From Blasia pusilla (lineage: Eukaryota), in assembly GCA_050084515.1 (NCBI GenBank), contig CM114271.1, positions 41,664,001 through 41,728,000 of the forward strand: a stretch of 64,000 nucleotides of DNA, given 5' to 3'. A model generated the notes under the pieces. The model saw only the letters and a list, made by a program, of their open reading frames with translations, made no database searches and had not been told where the DNA came from. The position numbers were made by a program, and so were the translations under genes. Shown piece by piece: positions 39,377 through 51,429 of this stretch; position 1 is the stretch's first letter, and each line of letters begins with the position of its first letter.

Positions 39377-41890
39377 CATGAGTCTGCTGAGAAGATTCTA
39401 TCGATAATTTCAATACATGGGTTGCTGATAGTAAAGTTCAAATGGTATGGTGTCTAGGAATGGCATCAAGATTTGTGACCAGTAAACGATTTTGATCATT
39501 TCTTGTTCTCCCTGTTCAAAGGGTTGAAGGAACAATACAGGCAGATTGCAAAGAGTTATGGTACAAATGTGTCAGCTCAGGTTTGCGACATGAGCTAAAG
39601 TAATCCTTTCATTTAGACGAGGACGTTGTTTTGGAGGTCCCCCCTTTGGTGTGAAATAAATATCAGGGCATCTTTGATGACTTCTCAGATATTTTTTCGA
39701 AGGAAAGGTACATGCAAGTAACTTAGCGAAGCCTTTTTTGTACTAAATTGCTGCTGCTAAATGTGCTCAAGATATTGAAAAAGCAATCCATGGTAAGGTT
39801 CTTGGTATGTACCAATAAGTTTCTGTACAGTTGTAGCACTCTGAGCGGAATTTGTACCTCTATATGGGTGTCTCCTGATAGAGAATTCAGATGGTTGTAG
39901 TTTATTCTTCCAGGTGCCTTGTGTTCTACAAGAATCCAGAAACACTTGAGACCACTGACTCTACTCACCACAGCTGCATCACATAATGTATGTGCAATTG
40001 CCTATTCCACAGTTTCTACCAACACATTCATGAGTGTCAAACAGTTACCACTTCCTACATGCATGAACAATCTTTATTACTAAAGCAGGTATTCCTTTGT
40101 GGGAGTAGTAAGTAGGCACTTACCTTGAAAGGATGAAGACTTTTCATTTTGAGAACGCAGCGATAGGATTTGAAAATTTGAAAGGATTTGGTAAGAAAAC
40201 CGGAGAAATATGAGTGCCGTAGGGTAATATGAATTCTGGTGGTCTTACATTAAGCAATTGAACAAATTTCTGCCCACTTCTTACAAGAGTAACAAACCTC
40301 TTTCAATGTATCTATGCGGAATGATTTTAAAACTTGAGAGCGAAAAAAGCTGGACTATCTCGTGGATGAGGGCTTTTGAGTTGATTAATGCCAAGAGGAA
40401 GGACTTTGCTCGTTGTAATGTCCGGGGAGAAGTAGACAACAACTGCGGTTGATGGATTAACAATTGTACATGATGGAAAGGTAAAATATGGGATGGTAAA
40501 GGGACAATGGTGCAACTATTGCAAAAAGATGTCATGGCTCCTCCATTATTCCTTTGAAGAGCATTCCTCCAATGAATGCATTATGCGTAATGACTTCTTC
40601 CACATTGTAAGGGAAACCATTTGGGGGGAGTACATCATGCATTGTTCGTAATAGGTGTATCATCAACTCTACGAAACGAATTTTTTGGCCTTTGTTTGAC
40701 TAACCTGATTCATTTTCGCATGGATCTTTAGGTGAATACAAGATAAAATTGTTCTGGTAATAGAACTACATGGATTCAAAATTTTGGTTGTGGTTTTGCA
40801 ATCCTCATTGAAGGTTTCTACAAGTGGAAGCGGTAAGCATTCAATGTGACTCATAACTTCATGTTGCTTGCCTTGGAAACCATTCCGCCAATTCTAGTGG
40901 AGGAAGTGGCCGTAAATCCTAAAAGATGGAGGATATCATACTAATATGGCTATTTCTCCACCTTGAGTGCAAGGATTCAGTCCAACATCAAGTGACTATA
41001 AGAATCCAATGGTTACTTAAGGACTTGCATATGCAAGTTAATGCCAATGAGTTAATGCAAAGGAAACTCTTATGCATAATCCGACATCTTGCAGAGACAA
41101 GGGACTAATTTTGCACTAAATCGAGAAGGTTTGGCGGCAAATAAAAGAGTATAGAGCGGGAAAATCCTAAACCCTAAATGCCTTGCTCACATATTCACTT
41201 TAGGGCTGGCATATCCGTGGAATGGCTTTCGAGCTATTGCATTTGAAACCATTCCGTAGACTCCCCCATCTTAGGAAGACGGAGGACAATCTCCACACAA
41301 AGTTGTGATTGTTTAGCAGCAATTGACTAAGAGCATTGTTATGTCTTTGAGGATGGATTAACGAGTATCCGTTGCCTCGTAGGGTCCCTTTGAGGGGCAA
41401 TATTCCTTAGAGACATGGATCTCCAAGTAAACCTTCATCTTTCACTATGGGGGTATTGTCTCAACAAGACCTCAAATTATTTAATTGCTTTGACAAAAGT
41501 AGCACTCATTTGAAATATAATTTTACCATGTGGGTCTTACTATGCACTTAATTATAGCATGCGGGTCTCCAAGGGCCCCGAGCTATCTATACTTTTAAGT
41601 GTGGTTGGGTTTAAAATATCTTGCGGTGATTTTGGTACATTTGGTTCATATTTCTTCCACTATGATATGCTTGGGTTCATGTAATATGAGGTTATTTTTT
41701 TGTAAGTGGAAATTTTTGTTTATGAATCGTACATGCATTGAGATGTCTCCTTCCTTTACATGTTGGAGATATGTGCCAGCGGTGACTTATGGTCTTGGAG
41801 GCACAAAGTTCTTCGTCTACTTTTGGGGAAAAATATGCTCATTTCACAACTTTATGTGGATAAAAATTGGAAGATTGAGGATGACAAAGG

Positions 41891-41978
41891 GTGGGAACTT
41901 AAGTTGGGCTAACGTAGTGGTGCCACACCCATTGCCATGGGTGTGGCACCACTATGTTAGCCCAACTTAAGTTCCCAC
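41891..41978. repeat. Near-perfect 88-bp palindrome (42-bp arms, 4-nt loop, one mismatch)
   Basis: GTGGGAACTTAAGTTGGGCTAACGTAGTGGTGCCACACCCAT-TGCC-ATGGGTGTGGCACCACTATGTTAGCCCAACTTAAGTTCCCAC. Confidence 0.95.
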
Positions 41979-44900
41979 TAGTTTCCAAGGCATCACATCC
42001 TCTTACCAAAAGTTCAAGTAAGGTTCAATCAAAAAGTTCTATGGATCCCAACCTCTAGATAAAATACAAGTGTCGGAATGTGGTTGAGGATGCCAACCCC
42101 GAACCAATAATCTTGAGAATTTTGCGACTAATTATGATCACCTTTGGTGAGAGTGCAAAATAACTTATGTAAGGGGAGTATATATTTTGGGTTTTAGTGC
42201 AAATATCATCATAAACTCTCTCCCATTGGGAAAATTAGGTCACAGTAATCCTACAAAGCATTTAATTGCCATCCCCATTGTTGAAAGAAAACAAGTTTCT
42301 CCCCTGATCGCCTACACAACTTGGTTTGGAATATTAGAATCCATGAGAATTTTAGGTTTCCACATACAACCCAATTTTTTTTAATTATAACGTTGTTGGG
42401 TCATTCTATGACAAGTTTGGGGATCTATACTATTATGGAAACATGAGTCTTCCTTTTAAATGATAGATCTTTCTTTTCTCTTGCGTATAAGCCTTTTACA
42501 ATTGAAGAATACTTGTGTGTCTTCTTTCTTTTAATCTTGGATGCTTTTTCAATATAGAGATTATTTAATGAAATTTTTACTAGTGTATCGCATTAATATG
42601 TATGTACTAGTGCACTTAATTTCAATAAAGACTTGAATTTTCAAGACAATGCCAACTTAAGCCTCTATCTTTATGATAAAGCTATATGGAAAAATGGCAA
42701 TTAAGATTATCTTGAGTCCATAATCCCTTGAAGAAGATTCTAGTTTTTCCCTTAAAACTCTTGTTTATTACCATGTACTCCACAACTTCAGATTTGTTGA
42801 GTTCTAATAGAATAGGAAGCTCTCAAAATGTCTCTTTACCTTTTCTTCACATTTCCATTTTTAGATTTTTTTCTTCTTTCTACATAGGATTTTTTTGGAA
42901 TCCAAATTTTTTGGAGCAATATTTTTTCTTGAATTTTTGGCTTGATTGTTAGTGAGTATCATTGTATAGCAATATGTTTTCCTCATAGTTTTCAATGTGG
43001 ATTTGTGAGGGAGGGTTTAGTCCACTTGGAGAGTAAATTGAGTTGTGAGCGCATCAAGATTGTTAATGTGAACTCAATTTGTAGGAGGAGTTGCTTGGTT
43101 GTCTAGTGCGAATGCAATTTGTATTATATAGTGGGTGGTGGTGGGTCTAATGTTTATTTAAGGCATAGATTCATTGAGAGTAAGAGATGCGTGCAATAGA
43201 AGAATCTTGCAGATTTCAAAGAACTTGCTTCACATGGTTTGGAAATATGAGTAAGGCTTAGTGTGGATGATAGGGAATGTAGAGTATATGATTGAGTGCA
43301 ATTGCATGTGGGTAGAAACCTTAGATTGATTAGTGTTATGGAGTGAGGAGGTTAATTAACATAAATTTTCTAATTTTACTTATGAAGTCGTGGAGGTCGA
43401 GGTGAAGCGCAGGTTGAAAGGGCTCATCTCTTTGGTTGTCGGTGAGTATCAAGAGGAATAATTACTAGGTCTTAGGTTTGAGCTTGATTGACAAAATCTA
43501 GAGAGGCATTATATGCTTGGGAGCATTGTCATGATGGTTATGTTGGTGGCCAGCCTAATCAAGATACCAATTGCTGAACACTTTTACATGTGGAAGGCAT
43601 AATTTAGGGAGATGCTAGTTGATGGTGGTGGTGAAAGGCAAGGAGTTGGTGATGGAAAAGAAACATCATATTGGCATAATTTTGGAAATGCATAAGATCC
43701 TCAAGCTCTTTGCAATGACTAGCTAGGAGAATAGAGTATACTTAAAGTATTACATTTAAGTGAGAGAAAATTGAGTGGAAAACTACTATTGTGTGTAGAT
43801 CTGTAAGGACACAAGGTCTGCCTATTGGTATTGGGGCGTGGACATAAGCCCGCATCGGGGAAGTAGAGCCTACAACTACCACGTGCATGCCCAAATTTGG
43901 CTCTATTGTGGAACTCTCGGCCGATTTGAAGAGATATAGTGAGATGGAATGAATCAAACACATATCAAGATCATATTGTGCATGCCACTAAACAGGATGG
44001 AAGGTTTGATTGAGGCAATATGGCAATAACTAGAGTCTCGAGTTTGGAAATGCATTACGATAAAGTGAGCATTGATGATGGGTAGAGGTGGCATACCGGT
44101 AATGTTAGAAGTTGCAAATTAGTTGAGAGGGAGTCATGATATTGTAGATGTTGTTCATACAATGTATGAATGTGCAATGTGCATATAGGATGTAGACTTA
44201 GAAGCCCAAGTCACGGGTATAGAGAGAGAACTCAAGTGTTGGTAAATTTTTGGTGCATGAGAGGTTCAAGAAAGCCAACTATATCAATTCAAAAGGGCTT
44301 GACCAAGGCTTGGGGAAATTCATTTGAGTGTTGGGCATACGTGAGGTTCAAACCTATTTTCTACTACCATAATCGCATCACCTGATCTCACATCCACTCC
44401 ACACCCCCATATGGGTAGTTGAAACGTCATTCACCCTAATACATCAAGTCGACCTCAATAAAAAAATGATTTTCTAAAAAACCTCCTTGATCCATAATGC
44501 TCACAAAAAAATTCCACAATAGATCCACAATAGATCATCTTGAGCTTCATTCTCAACACGTCTACACAATTCAATTTTTTTACTTGTTTACCAATCTACT
44601 TTTTGAACTTTTTTTCTCCCCTCAATCAGGATAAAAACATTGCTTTGACTTGCCTACTTATCCACACATACTTAACAATCATGCAACTTTTGTTAATTAG
44701 GAGAATGAAATTCACATGGCTAGTCTTGTTGATGCGAAAGCACAACTCAAAGATGTAGGAGTTAAGTTGGGTGGTTCTACTAAAGATATTACTAACCTAA
44801 TTTGGAAGAATCCAAAGCTTTGTTTACAATTAGTAGTAATTCAATAGATGGTCCATTTTTTAGTTTGGATTTGTTCACTCCGCGGAATTGCATCAATTTA

Positions 44901-45399
44901 TGGATCACTACACTTCCATGTTTCTTAGTTAATCTACTCTTTCACATGTATTTGAGTTGCATATGGTGGTAGCTCACAATATTTTTTGAAAATAAAGTAT
45001 GTACTTCATAATGAAATATTTGAGGCCAAATGCAATGACTCTAGTTTTCTGGAAAAAAATATCTCTCCATTTCCACACCCAAGCATTCCCAAATTTGTTG
45101 TGAGCTTCAGGCACTTTGTCTCAGAATTTATTAACTTGAAGTCTTTACCTGTAGTCATTCCATTCGACATTTGGCCATAGCTTATAGTCGAACATTTAAA
45201 TTTCTGTCCTGAATGATTGCCATGAGAAGTTTTCTCACCCGTTCATACCCAAATTAGAGGCCAAATGCAATCATGAAACATTTTACGAAAAACACTTTAC
45301 TTTTGCATTTCAACTTCCTATACATTTCCAATGTTATCATGATCTTAATGCATATTATGTGGTACTTCATTCACTTGCAATCCTATTCCTAGAACATTT

Positions 45400-46372
45400 A
45401 GTCATATAATTTAATTATTGAATTTAAAATTCCATATTTTAAACAATATCTACTCCTTCCCATCCACTTCTCCCACCAAACTAACACCCACTAACTAAAT
45501 CATTAGTTAGTCTTACTAAATTAAATTATTTCCCTCTTCCATTCAAATTCATTTTCCTTCTCCAAATTCAAATGTGAATCAAGGGAAAAAATTGTATGGT
45601 ATAATTATTTGGTTTTATTTTCTTGTTATGTTTTCTTATCCTATAGGATTACCAATAATTATATAGACCAATAATTATTTCCCCTTGCGATATACTGGAA
45701 TGAATGGAAATGAAAACACTTCACAAATGGAGAATATCAAGAAGCATTACATTATATATGCGTTGAAAATTTGAAATTATAGAGTTAATGAGTAAATAGT
45801 AAGGATAAATTTCCGCTTAAATATATGAATAATCATGAAATTTTCTTTGTTGAAAAATTAACATAATTTATTTTTTAACTCATAAATAAAAAATATATTT
45901 TCAACCCCTATCTCTCAATTAATAAAATAAAATCATTGGTTCAGATCCAAAACTTGTTTCAAAATATTTTTTATAATTTCTTCATAATAAAAACCAGAAA
46001 ATAAAATACAAATTATTTTCATACTTTTGAAGAATAATAAATTTGCACTATTCTATGATTATCTTTTATCATTTTAAAAAAATAGGTAATTTCTTTTCCA
46101 AAGTTTACTTGAAATTGAAGTTAAAATTTTTAAAAATACTGAAAATAATTTTATCTTTAAAATAAAATAAAATCGTAACCTAAAGAGATTCATAATTTTT
46201 CATTTTTTTGACTTTTTCTTAATTTTTTTATTTTCTTAAAATCTTCCAAATTTTGGTTTAACATAATTGAATACTATAAGAAACCACTTTATAATAAAGT
46301 GGTTTCTTATAATACTTGGGTTTGGAAGCCTTATATCGTACTATTAAGAGCTAACGCTATTAATAGTATAGA
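45400..46372 (-). mobile_element. 5' portion of an AT-rich non-autonomous Helitron-like element related to the 7730 family (3' end not located)
   Basis: The minus strand begins A|TCTATACTATTAATAGCGTTAGC at 46372, matching TCATACTATTAAAGGCGTTAGC at 7730. The AT-rich interior resembles 4400-4930 and 7240-7440. The left boundary is approximate. Confidence 0.45.
46275..46311. repeat. Perfect 17-bp-arm hairpin with 3-nt loop
   Basis: TATAAGAAACCACTTTA-TAA-TAAAGTGGTTTCTTATA. Confidence 0.9.
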
Positions 46373-46874
46373 TAAATGATTTGGAGAAAAAACCGTTTAA
46401 TTCAAAAAAATTCGTTATCGATCGTTATTAAAATCAAATTTGCGCTGTTGCACGCCTCGTTGATTTGAAATACCATCGGTAAGCGAGTGAACGCCAATGG
46501 ATCGTCGACAGCGTGACGAACGAGAGCTGTTGTAGAGAGCGAACTCGCACCCTATAAGAGGTCGGTTAATCCCACGTCAGCCGTCATCGTCTTCCCTGCG
46601 TCCGTAGGGTTCTTCATCTCTCATTAGCGACGTCGGAGGAGCTTTGTCATTGTGTCGTTCGCCACGAATTCTGGAGAGGAAAGACAGCAGTAGTCATCGA
46701 GAATTCTCGGGAGATTGGTTCTTCCAGCATAGTTTCCCATGATCGAGCTTGCTCGGCTGGGTGCTTCCGGTAGTGGTTGAGAAGCGCAGATTACGACAGG
46801 GAGACTTCGAGGAGCTTGGTCAACACCCTCCCTCCCTCCCTCCGATCGATCGATCGGGTCGTGGAGCTTTATCG

Positions 46875-49800
46875 ATGGATTCTAGCTCGAGTTTCTTGCT
46901 GGGATCGTCGGCATTCGGGTACCCCGTGCAATACGTGAGCGTGATCGTTGCAGTGATTGCATGCGGTGCTGTTTACCGCTGGAGGCGGAGGGACCTCCCC
47001 GGTCCCATGCCTTGGCCGATTTTCGGAACGGCATTGGAGCATATTTTGAATCAAAATCGGATGCATGACTGGCTCTTGACATACTTCGAGAAGGGCAGTA
47101 CGATTTCAGCGCCTATGCCCTTGGGTTCTTGGTACTATTATACGGTGGACCCAACCAATATCGAGTACATTCTCAAGACCAATTTCTCCAACTTTCCCAA
47201 GGTAATCACTGTGTGGCAAGGTTTTGAGCTGTCACGGGTGGGAATGCAGATGATTGATCTGTACTCAATTTTTGCATCGGAAAAGTATCAAATTCTCCTG
47301 GGAAAAATCAGCTTCTTCGTCCATTCATCAGGATCTTTTCGAATTGCAGGGCGAGACGTTTCATTATCGTATGGAGGAGCTGCTAGGCGACGGCATATTC
47401 AACAGCGATGGAGATACGTGGCGTGCGCAGAGGAAGACAGCGGCTGCCGAGTTCTCGTTGCGATCTCTTCGCAACTTCAGTGCTGATATTTTCCAGGAGA
47501 AAGGTCGTAAGCTCGCAGGTCTTGTCTCGCAGATAGCTTACGACGGAAACTCCGTTGATATGCAGGTGATAAGCCAATTACGAGTGAAACTGAACTGCAT
47601 GGTGTTAGTGTTGCTCGAAACACCACCCGTAACCAAGAATCTATGGCATTATCCAATTATGATCTGGCCGACCGAATCGCTTGACTACCTTTGTTGCATG
47701 TACAATTCATGATCAGTATTTTAAGCCCGACATTAAGCGTTTCTGAGATCGTTGATTTCATGGCCACCTCACGGATGGGATGAACCCCGCGAAATCTTTT
47801 TCAGTGCTATAGTTATGATCGAGAAGAAATTTCCAGTTTTTAATCATTCACAGGTTGTGATCTCACTTTTTCATGGTAGTGACGGAAGTTGGCTCCATCG
47901 TCTTCCTTGGTTTTTTTCTTCTAAGTAACATGCGTAGTGTTGATTACCGACTGGAAGAGTCAAGTATTCGTGAGAAAAGGAACAGGTCCCTTCCTCGACG
48001 GAGAAAGGATCTTTATCTGTCCAGCATTGAATCTAATCGCGAAGACTTTAAACCTTGAAAATGGAGCGATCTAGATGGAGGAGCCAGATGGGGGTACCTC
48101 AAGTGATTCTGGAGTAATTCAGTTGTTCATGATTGTGGTGAGGAGCAGGTACGTGCATGATTCGAGGTCTAACTGTTGACGAATTGGAAAATGATTCCAG
48201 GATCTCTTTCTGCGAATGACCTTGGACTCCATTGGAAAGGTTGCGTTCGGAGTGGAAATCGGTTCACTCTCTAGTCAATTCCCACAACCACAAAATGAAT
48301 TCGCAACCGCTTTCGACTTGGCCAACGAGATTGTTACTCGGCGTTTTATTAACCCTCTGTGGAGACTGGAGCGCTTTTTAAAGATCAGTCTGGAAGCCAA
48401 AATGACTCAATGTATTCGAGTGCTCGATGAGTTCACTTACAACGTGATTGCTAAGAGGAAACTTGAGGTCCAGATCGCGAAGACTTTAAATCTTGAAAAT
48501 GCCAGGGTATGTGCATTCATCACGGATCATCCATCGAGTACACGTATATACTTAGTGGCTCGGGCAATCGATAAAATCGCGAGATTCCGTTTTCAGATAT
48601 AGTCGAAATCGACTATGTCGCTGCCCCAGTTTGAATTCAATTCCAAGTCAGAAATCGTCATCACTTGGTACTGTATATAGGTATCGCTACACTAAAACTA
48701 GAATTGGTTTTTCCATGAAGGTGCTGCAGCCGAAACCTGATATCATCTCTCGATTTCTGGACCTCGGCGAGACTACGCATTATTGTGGTCACATGACGGA
48801 CAAGACTTTACGCGACGTGGTTCTCAACTTTGTGATTGCTGGTAGGGACACGACGGCTGTCACGCTTTCTTGGTGCGTGTATATGTTGACGCAGCATCCA
48901 GAAATTGCCAACCGACTGTATGAGGAGCTCCGCGATTTCGAACAGACAAAGATGAAGTCTTCGAGCGTAGAGATCAACGGAGAACACAATGCTGAGATCT
49001 ACCACAAAACTATGACCCGAAGGATTCATGTCTTTACAGAACTCCTCACTTACGACTCCTTAAAGGAGTTGACGTTCCTTCGAGCCGTTATTTCAGAAAC
49101 GTTGCGTCTCTACCCGGCAGTTCCACTGGTTTGTCAGACTCCGTCTACCTCAACTCAAACACGTCTCCTTGGACTCTAGATCTCACGACCTAACGAGCAG
49201 TAGACGTGATGTAACAACTCGCACAATCCGTTTTTTTTGCCGTGGCTTGTGCATTCTAATAGTTGCAGTGCACTTGCGTCTGTAGGACCCCAAAGGCATA
49301 GTAAACGATGATTTACTTCCAGACGGCACACATCTGAAGAAGGGCAATTTAATCGCCTACTCGCCGTACTGCATGGCTCGCATGACTTCGATCTGGGGAC
49401 CCGATGCCAAGACCTTCAATCCAGACCGATGGCTTCAGGCTGGGAAGTTTGTGCCGCAGTCGGAGTTCAAGTTTGCCACATTTCAGGTTAGTCTGGATAA
49501 CAATGCGAAGGCATGAAAGCAGCCGAAAATGCAGAATGATGGATGGAACAGGATGGTTCGACCACGATGCCATCAATTTCTCTGCTTCTTGTTTGCGTGT
49601 AGTGTCCTCATCTCATAGTGCCCAGCTGCACGATTCCGGGTCGAATCTTTGACCCTTGCGGTACGCCGTACTCTTAAATTTGAATTAGACAAGTTATTGC
49701 ACGTGCGCATATGTATTGTGAGAGATATTAAGGAACTTTTCCCAGTTCTAGTTTCACAGAGACACAGAGACGAAAATCCTCGCTTGTGATACAAACACCC

Positions 49801-49992
49801 GGTGATTCGCAGGCTGGACTTCGCATGTGCCTGGGCAAGGACTCGGCTTACCTGCAATTGAAGATTACCACCGCCATTCTCTGCAGATTCTTTGAGTTCA
49901 CTCGAGCGACGAATGGCGAAGTCCGCTACAGAATGATGGCCACCTTGTTAATCGACCATGGCTTTGAAGTTTTCGCGCGCCTGAGAGACTAG
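46875..49992 (+). CDS. CYP704B: Cytochrome P450, CYP86 clan, CYP704B-like fatty-acid omega-hydroxylase; exons 46875-47201, 47350-47565, 48201-48506, 48730(or 48721)-49128, 49286-49486, 49813-49992
   Basis: N-terminal TM segment + [47 protein letters not shown]-helix [18 protein letters not shown] (ExxR), FNPDRW, heme [19 protein letters not shown]. In-frame GT-AG introns. Confidence 0.9.
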
Positions 49993-50655
49993 TGATGCGG
50001 TGCGCATGCCTTCGGACCTCACATTAAATGTTGATAGGACATCAATTTTCTGCTCCTGAACACATACTTCCTTGAATCCCACCTGGCCCCCCCCGTCTCT
50101 CCGGTCGACCTCAGCTGTCTGGAACGATCCCGATCAGCATCACGCCACACCATAAGACTTTTCTACAGCTGATCGTGTAATCAACGCAAGGAACTGGGCT
50201 CATTCCAGGATTCCAGGCGAGTCGGCGGAGACGGGTGAAACGGTCCACCACAGTATCATCCTCCAGAGAACCGAACGAGATAGCTCAACGACTGTCACAG
50301 CAAATGATTCCTATCTTTGGTTGTGAATTAGTCAGTCAAGGTTTGGTATCTAGTATACGCACATACGAAGTGACAAATACTCGAGGATTTTAAGAGTTTC
50401 ACACTACTAGCCCTACTGGTTGCTACTGGGTCTAGGACGTGAGAACACTAGACCAGCTCTGCTCCACCGCAGCTTCACTAACTCAGTCGTAAAAGATCGC
50501 AAGCTCTCTCCCAAGATTTCTGAGAGGGTTGCGAATTAATTATTATTATTATGAGGGTGGAATAGCCCATCGTTTCTGAACGTTGTCCTCCAATCTCTTC
50601 ATGGATAGGTGGCTCGAATATGATGGGTCTTCTTTTCTTTTCTTTGTATTCACGC

Positions 50656-50803
50656 TTTTCATATATTCGTAAACTTATTATTCACTCTTGACGTCTGAAT
50701 GTGTTCACTAAAACTTTCTTTCACTCTATTGACGGTTTGAGCGCCCTTTTCATATATTCGTAAACTTATTATTCACTCTTGACCTCTGAATATGTTCACT
50801 AAA
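50656..50803 (+). repeat. Two-copy direct repeat (~57 bp, period ~91 bp)
   Basis: TTTTCATATATTCGTAAACTTATTATTCACTCTTGAC(G/C)TCTGAAT(G/A)TGTTCACTAAA at ~50656 and ~50747. Confidence 0.8.
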
Positions 50804-51429
50804 TTTTTTTTCAACGTACAAAAATGGACATTATCTAAATAGATCCGTCCTTGAACCTTTCGGATTGGGTACTTGAGGGTACTTCTAAAGTTGGACATTT
50901 TGGCCTTTGAACAAGTTAAACTGATGGTTGAGAATACTCTCATGGTTTCAAACGAAACGTATTATCTACTTTTATGGCATTCAAACTGTAGCGTTTGTTA
51001 TCATTTCGCTTGGAAGCCCTTACCTTTAACCCCGGGAAAAAAAACACGAAAGAAATGAAATGGGCAAGGAGAATAGAAAGTCCACTTCTCCATGGTGTAC
51101 CTTCCTTCTCTTCTATCTCCGTGACTACCTAGACAGATGTCTTATGACACATGCATACCATTAAGTGAGATCCTTTACCGATATGCCTTAGTGAAGGGGC
51201 AAAGGTTAGATCATCGAGACTCCAGCTTAAGGTAGGACAACCAATATTTGAAGATAAGACTTAGTCAAAAGGTTTGACTCCCGCACGATTCCAACATGAG
51301 GGAGCGTTTGTGTCATTAGTGTATGTAGCCAATAAAAAATCTCTGAATATTCTCACGTAGTTTGAGCTAACTTGATTCAACCAACAACCAAGAATCACAA
51401 CCAAGGAAAAGGAAGAAAAAGGAACTATG

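Noticed and set aside
40000-45300. Possible old retroelement fragments (e.g. VDDT-like peptide near 40660 on the - strand)
   Set aside because: No coherent set of RT or integrase motifs could be verified; left unannotated.
46570-46582. ACGT-core (CCACGTCA) bZIP-type site upstream of CYP704B
   Set aside because: An 8-mer can occur by chance, and there is no conservation data to support it.
49810-49840. Heme motif [10 protein letters not shown] instead of the usual FQAGPRICLG
   Set aside because: Still fits FxxGxRxCxG with the ligand Cys intact; ordinary variation.
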